DNA of 64,000 nucleotides from Angustibacter luteus (lineage in GTDB: Bacteria > Actinomycetota > Actinomycetes > Actinomycetales > Angustibacteraceae). The stretch lies in contig NZ_BAABFP010000007.1 in the NCBI RefSeq assembly GCF_039541115.1, positions 1 to 64,000 on the forward strand, given 5' to 3'. This document shows, piece after piece, positions 59,354 to 64,000 of the stretch (position 1 is the stretch's first letter; each line of letters begins with the position of its first letter). The notes under the pieces were generated by a model that searched no databases, had not been told where the DNA came from, and worked only from the letters and a program-made list of their open reading frames with translations. Made by a program: the position numbers and the translations under genes.

Positions 59354-60772
59354 CTACCGAGCCCGCGCGAGGTGGACCTCGCGCACCGCCACCTGCCCGC
59401 TCCGGTGGCTGGCGTGCAGGAACGCCGCGCCGACGGCCGCCGCGAGGCTGAGTCCGGCCGCGACCCACCACGACGCCCGGTAGGCGTCCGGTGCGGACGG
59501 CGGGCTCCACGACGTCAGGATCGTCACCAGGACGGCGACCCCGACCCCCGAGGCCACCTGACGGGAGGCGTTCAGCAGCGCCGAACCCGTTGCGGCAGAG
59601 GCGGTCGGCAGGGACGTCGTCCCGGCCGCCATCAGGGTGCCGAGCGCGAGGCCGACGCCGATCCCACCGATCACCATGGCCGGCAGCAGGTCGACGAGGT
59701 AGTTCGGCTCGATGCTGGAGACCGTGGCCCGCCAGACGAAGCCGAGCCCGAACAGCAGGCTGCCGACGGTCGCCAGTGCGCCGGGCCCGACCCGCTCGAC
59801 CAGTCGACGCGAGGCGATCGTCGTGATCGGCACCAGAGCGGGGCCGGGCACCATCGCGAGGCCGGTGAGCAGCGGGCCGTAGCCCCAGACCTGCTGGCAC
59901 CACAGGGCGTTGGACACCAGCATGATCGCGAACGCGATGCTGAAGACGAACAGCGCGGCGTTGGCCCGGGCGAACCCGCGAGCGCGTACCAGCGACGGCT
60001 CCACCAGCGGCACGGGCTGGGTCAGGCAGCGCCGGACGACGACCGCCGAGGAGACCAGGGCGAGCGCGAACAGCGTGAGCGTGCCGGCCGACGTCCAGCC
60101 CCAGGCCGGTCCCTGCAGCAGTCCGGCGACGAGCGAGCCGATGCCCAGCACCGCCAGCACGGCGGCCACCGGGTCCGGCAGGGCCGTGCGCGGGTGCGCC
60201 TGCGGGTGGGGCAGCACCCGCCGTCCGGCCACCACGCCCAGGACGCCGATGGGCAGGTTCACCAGGAAGACCCAGCGCCAGCTCGCCTCCACCAGCAGGC
60301 CACCGAGCACCGGACCGGTCGCCGCGGCGATGCCACCCACCGCGGCCCACGCCCGGGTGGCCCGGACCCGGTCGCCGACCTCCACGCCGGCCACCAGCAG
60401 CGCCAGCGACGACGGGAGCTGCAGGGCCGCACCGGCGGCCTGCACGACGCGCGCGCCGATCAGCACGTCGAGGGTGGGCGCGAGCGCACAGGCCAACGAC
60501 GCCAGGGTGAACACGGCGGTGCCGACCAGGAAGACCCGCCGGTGGCCGTACCGGTCGCCGGCCCGGCCGGCGACGACGAGCAGGGCGCCGAGGGTGACCG
60601 CGTAGGCGTTCAGCACCCAGCTGACGTGGGCCAGCGAGCTGCCGGGGAAGGAGTGGGTGAGGTCGTCGAACGCGACGTTCACGATCCACAGGTCCAGGTT
60701 CGTCATGAACACGGCCAGTGCGACCACGGCGAAGACCCGGGAGGCGGGTCGGTTTGATTTCCGAATTGGCAT
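59354..60772 (-). CDS. MFS drug/H+ antiporter (DHA2-like)
   Basis: LDLWIVNVA, WVLNAY, GRAGDRYGHRR, WRWVFLVNLPIG. Confidence 0.9.
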   Translation of the reverse strand: MPIRKSNRPASRVFAVVALAVFMTNLDLWIVNVAFDDLTHSFPGSSLAHVSWVLNAYAVTLGALLVVAGRAGDRYGHRRVFLVGTAVFTLASLACALAPTLDVLIGARVVQAAGAALQLPSSLALLVAGVEVGDRVRATRAWAAVGGIAAATGPVLGGLLVEASWRWVFLVNLPIGVLGVVAGRRVLPHPQAHPRTALPDPVAAVLAVLGIGSLVAGLLQGPAWGWTSAGTLTLFALALVSSAVVVRRCLTQPVPLVEPSLVRARGFARANAALFVFSIAFAIMLVSNALWCQQVWGYGPLLTGLAMVPGPALVPITTIASRRLVERVGPGALATVGSLLFGLGFVWRATVSSIEPNYLVDLLPAMVIGGIGVGLALGTLMAAGTTSLPTASAATGSALLNASRQVASGVGVAVLVTILTSWSPPSAPDAYRASWWVAAGLSLAAAVGAAFLHASHRSGQVAVREVHLARAR

Positions 60773-60795
60773 GGGAGGCAAACTAGACCCGAGTC

Positions 60796-60812
60796 GGTTG
60801 GATATGCAAACC
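60796..60812. promoter_or_regulatory. Putative HxlR-family operator
   Basis: GGTTGGATATGCAAACC inverted repeat in the divergent gap; a related GGTTTGATTTCCGAATT lies at 60751. Confidence 0.45.
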
Positions 60813-60819
60813 TACTGGC

Positions 60820-61290
60820 ATGGACAGGTTGGAGAACGTGCCCGGACGGCCCTGCTCGGTGGCGGCGGCGCTCGACGTCGTCGGCGACAAGTGGGCGCTG
60901 CTGATCGTGCGCGAGCTGCTGTTCGGCAACCACCGGTTCACCGAGATCGTCCGCAACACCGCCGCCCCGCGGGACCGGCTGGCCGCCCGGCTGCGTGACC
61001 TGGTCGACGCCGGGGTCATCGAGAAGCGGCGCTACCAGGAGTCGCCGGAGCGTTTCGAGTACCACTTGACGGCGTCGGGCCGAGCCCTCGCGCCAGTCCT
61101 GCAGTCGTTGCTCGCCTGGGGCGACCGGTTCGCCGTCGACGAGCCGCCGATGACGTTGCAGCACCACGACCACGAGCTGCGGCTGCGCTCGGTCTGCGCG
61201 GTGTGCGGCGAGCGGGTGCACCGCGAGGACGTGCACCGGGTGAGCCGGCGTGCGGGCTGGGACGAGGCCGGCCCGGTCCCCGTCGGCTGA
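60820..61290 (+). CDS. HxlR-family winged-helix regulator
   Basis: CSVAAALDVVGDKWALLIVRE, EYHLTASG, WG; C-terminal CAVC. Confidence 0.9.
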   Translation: MDRLENVPGRPCSVAAALDVVGDKWALLIVRELLFGNHRFTEIVRNTAAPRDRLAARLRDLVDAGVIEKRRYQESPERFEYHLTASGRALAPVLQSLLAWGDRFAVDEPPMTLQHHDHELRLRSVCAVCGERVHREDVHRVSRRAGWDEAGPVPVG

Positions 61291-61332
61291 CGCCCGTCCG
61301 GCCGGCACCCCGCCCGCCCGTAGGCTGCGCGG

Positions 61333-62670
61333 GTGACCCGCGTGCTCTGCGTCGACTTCGGCTCGACGTTCACCAAGGCCGCCCTGGTCGACGCCGACGA
61401 CGGCGCGCTGGTGGCGACCGCGTCGCACCCGACGACCATCGGTACCGACGTCCTGGACGGCTACCACGCGATCCGGGAAACCCTTGGCGCAGAACGCGTG
61501 GACGACGTCCTCGCCTGCTCCAGCGCGGGTGGTGGCCTGCGCCTGGCGGTGGTCGGCTACGAGCGGGTGGTCACGGCCGAGGCCGGCCACCGGGTCGGCC
61601 TATCGGCCGGCGCGCGGGTCGTGCACGTCGCCGCCGGTGAGCTCACGCCGGCCGGGGTCGACGAGCTGCGGGCCGCCCGACCGGACGTCGTCCTGCTGGT
61701 GGGTGGCACCGACGGCGGGAACGCGGAGGTGCTGTGCCACAACGCCCGCCGGCTCGGGATCGGCCGGGTTCCGGTGCCTGTGGTGCTGGCCGGCAACGCC
61801 GAGGGGGCCGACCAGGCCGAGCACGAGCTGGTCAGCCGCGGCCGGGTCGTCACCCGCACCGCCAACGTGCTGCCCCGGATCGGCGTGCTCGACCCCGAAC
61901 CCGCCCGGGGCGCCATCCGCGAGGTGTTCATCCGGCACGTCATCGGCGGAAAGGGACTGTCCCGGGGGCGCGCCTTCGCCGACATGGTGCGCGCCGCGAC
62001 GCCCGACGTCGTCCTGGCCGGGGTGAGCGTCCTGGCGGACGGCGGCGACGGCGTCCCGGGCGTGGGGGACGTCCTCGTCGTCGACGTCGGGGGCGCGACC
62101 ACCGACGTGTACTCCGCCCTGGCCCCCGAGGGCGAGGACGCCACCCTGCACAAGGAGGTCGTGGCGCCGATGTGGCACGCGCGCACCGTCGAGGGCGACC
62201 TGGGGATGCGGTGGAACGCCACCGGGGTGGTGGCCGCCGCCCGGACCGAGCATCTCCCGGTGGACGACGCGCTGGTGCACTACGCGCAACGGGTGCAGGC
62301 CGACCCGGCCTTCCTGCCCGGCGTGCCCGACGAGGTCGCGCACGACGTCGCGCTGGCGCGGTCCGCGGTGACCGTGGCGCTGCGCCGGCACGGTCGCCCG
62401 GCCAACCCGTCGGCGTCCCCGCGCCCCCTGCGCGAGGTGTCGCTGGTCGTCGGGTCGGGTGGGGTGCTCCGGCACCACGACGACGCGGTCCGCCACGCGG
62501 TGCTCTCGCCCGCGACCACGGACCACGCCGGCGGCTGGCGGGTTCCCGAGCACGCTCGGCTCGCCGTGGACGACCGCTACGTGCTGTTCGCCGCCGGGCT
62601 GCTGGCCGGGCAGTCACGGGGCGCGGCGGCAGCGCTGGTGTCTCAGGCGCTGCGCACTGTTCCCGGGTAG
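61333..62670 (+). CDS. Glutamate mutase L (GlmL/MutL-type) ASKHA ATPase
   Basis: DFGSTFTK, CSSAGGGL, GGTDGG, DVGGATTDVYS, RTVEGDLGMR, GSGG. Confidence 0.85.
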   Translation: MTRVLCVDFGSTFTKAALVDADDGALVATASHPTTIGTDVLDGYHAIRETLGAERVDDVLACSSAGGGLRLAVVGYERVVTAEAGHRVGLSAGARVVHVAAGELTPAGVDELRAARPDVVLLVGGTDGGNAEVLCHNARRLGIGRVPVPVVLAGNAEGADQAEHELVSRGRVVTRTANVLPRIGVLDPEPARGAIREVFIRHVIGGKGLSRGRAFADMVRAATPDVVLAGVSVLADGGDGVPGVGDVLVVDVGGATTDVYSALAPEGEDATLHKEVVAPMWHARTVEGDLGMRWNATGVVAAARTEHLPVDDALVHYAQRVQADPAFLPGVPDEVAHDVALARSAVTVALRRHGRPANPSASPRPLREVSLVVGSGGVLRHHDDAVRHAVLSPATTDHAGGWRVPEHARLAVDDRYVLFAAGLLAGQSRGAAAALVSQALRTVPG

Positions 62671-62684
62671 GACAGGATGGCCGG

Positions 62685-63824
62685 GTGAGCCAGCGCCGAC
62701 CGGACGACGACACCGTCCCGTTCGGGATGCGCTCCGCCGCCGCGTGGGCCTGGCGGATCCTGGTGCTCGCGCTGACGATCTACGTGCTGCTGCGGCTGCT
62801 CAGCCTGCTCATCGTGCTGGTCGCGCCGGTGCTGATCGCGGTGCTGCTGGTCGCCCTGGTGCGTCCGCTGACCGACCTGCTGGCGCGCTGGACGCCCCGC
62901 GGCGTCGCGGCGCTGCTCACCTTGCTCAGCGTGCTCGCCGTCGTGGCCGGGTTGGTCGCCCTGGTCAGCACCCAGGTCGCCAGCGGCTTCCCCGAGCTGC
63001 AGAGGCAGGCCGAGGCCGGGGTCGGCGAGGTGCGGCGCTGGCTCGCCGGGCCGCCCTTCCGGCTGACCACCGACCAGCTGGCGCACTACGTCGACCAGGC
63101 CCGGGCCGGTCTGTCCGGCAGCCGGGACGCCCTGCTGTCCGGGGTCTTTGCCGCCACCTCGACGGCGGGTCACGTCATCGCGGGCTTCTTCATCGCCATG
63201 TTCGCGACGTTCTTCTTCCTCGCCCAGGGCGACATCATCTGGCGCTGGCTGCTCGGCGTGCTGCCGCGGGCGTCGCGCGCGCCGCTGGACCTGGCAGGTC
63301 ACCGTGGCTGGGTCACGCTGACCTCCTTCGTGCGGGCCACCATCCTGGTGGCGCTGGTCGACGCGATCGGGATCGGCGCGGGGGCGGCGCTGCTGGGCGT
63401 GCCGCTCGCGGTACCCCTGGGCGTGCTGGTGTTCCTCGGCGCGTTCGTGCCGGTGGTCGGCGCCTTGGTGTCAGGCTCGGTCGCGGTGCTCATCGCCCTG
63501 GTGGCCGTCGGACCGGTCAAGGCCCTGCTGATGCTGGGTGTGGTGATCGGCGTCCAGCAGCTCGAGGCGCACGTGCTGCAGCCGTTCCTGCTGGGCCGCG
63601 CCGTCAGCGTGCACCCGTTGGCCGTCATCCTGGGGATCGCGACCGGCGCGCTGGTCGCCGGCATCATCGGCGCGCTGTTCGCGGTGCCGCTGATCGCTGT
63701 GGGCAACACGATGGTGCTGTCCCTGACCGGCCGCAGCGACGAGGACGAGAGCCTCCAGGAGGCCGCGGACGGGGTCGGCGACGATCCACCGCCTGTGGAC
63801 GACGCGAGCGCCGCCAAGGGCTGA
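62685..63824 (+). CDS. AI-2E family transporter
   Basis: AAWAWR, FVPVVG, QQLEAHVLQP, VHPLAV, AVPL. Confidence 0.9.
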   Translation: MSQRRPDDDTVPFGMRSAAAWAWRILVLALTIYVLLRLLSLLIVLVAPVLIAVLLVALVRPLTDLLARWTPRGVAALLTLLSVLAVVAGLVALVSTQVASGFPELQRQAEAGVGEVRRWLAGPPFRLTTDQLAHYVDQARAGLSGSRDALLSGVFAATSTAGHVIAGFFIAMFATFFFLAQGDIIWRWLLGVLPRASRAPLDLAGHRGWVTLTSFVRATILVALVDAIGIGAGAALLGVPLAVPLGVLVFLGAFVPVVGALVSGSVAVLIALVAVGPVKALLMLGVVIGVQQLEAHVLQPFLLGRAVSVHPLAVILGIATGALVAGIIGALFAVPLIAVGNTMVLSLTGRSDEDESLQEAADGVGDDPPPVDDASAAKG

Positions 63825-63876
63825 TCGGGCATCCTGGGACGGCGGCGTGGGGCCGATCGTCGACCGGAGGGCCCCG

Positions 63877-64000
63877 TTGTCGTACCACCCGCTGCCGAAC
63901 CACCCGCCTGACCCGATCCCGGACTCTGCCGTCTGGGTCGCGCGGCTGCGCCTCGCCGCGACCGACGTCCAGGACGCCGCCGCGACCCTGCGCGGGCGCG
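63877..64000 (+). CDS. 5' end of a probable CDS running off the window
   Basis: GGAGG then TTG; open frame MSYHPLPNHPPDPIPDSAVWVARLRLAATDVQDAAATLRGR. Confidence 0.4.
   Translation, partial: MSYHPLPNHPPDPIPDSAVWVARLRLAATDVQDAAATLRGR

Overview
This is a very high-GC actinomycete chromosome segment (Kineosporiaceae/Intrasporangiaceae-like; that placement is inference). It follows a familiar core order: mfd - SurA-like lipoprotein - mazG - eno - ftsB - DUF501 - ppx - tRNA-Leu(UAA) - BI-1/YccA - thiolase - SGNH - cbs ... metB. Accessory blocks interrupt the core. They are (i) the tail of a cell-surface/glycan locus (secreted repeat-linker protein, LAYTG sortase-type protein, DUF4012, GT4), (ii) a PAPS module (cysQ-cysD-cysN with a convergent cysC carrying a degenerate Sat-like domain), (iii) DUF885, phosphoesterase-PKD, amidohydrolase, FMN oxidase and TolB-like/MFS genes, and (iv) about 21 kb between cbs and metB (single-chain ABC exporter, AfsR-type regulator, DrrAB-type ABC, AraC-DinB, TetR with a liv-type ABC, msrA, an AAA/DUF4143 nuclease-ATPase, yczR/yczE). 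No transposase, integrase, rRNA or CRISPR array was recognised. The most interesting signals are three 23-bp AT-rich repeats before the AAA/DUF4143 gene, three PafBC/RecA-NDp-type promoters, an uncharacterised secreted domain shared by two proteins, two SARP-like repeat arrays, a probable nested in-frame start in AraC-DinB, an unlisted 42-aa ORF, and several long intergenic palindromes. All calls come from reading motifs by eye; no database searches were run.
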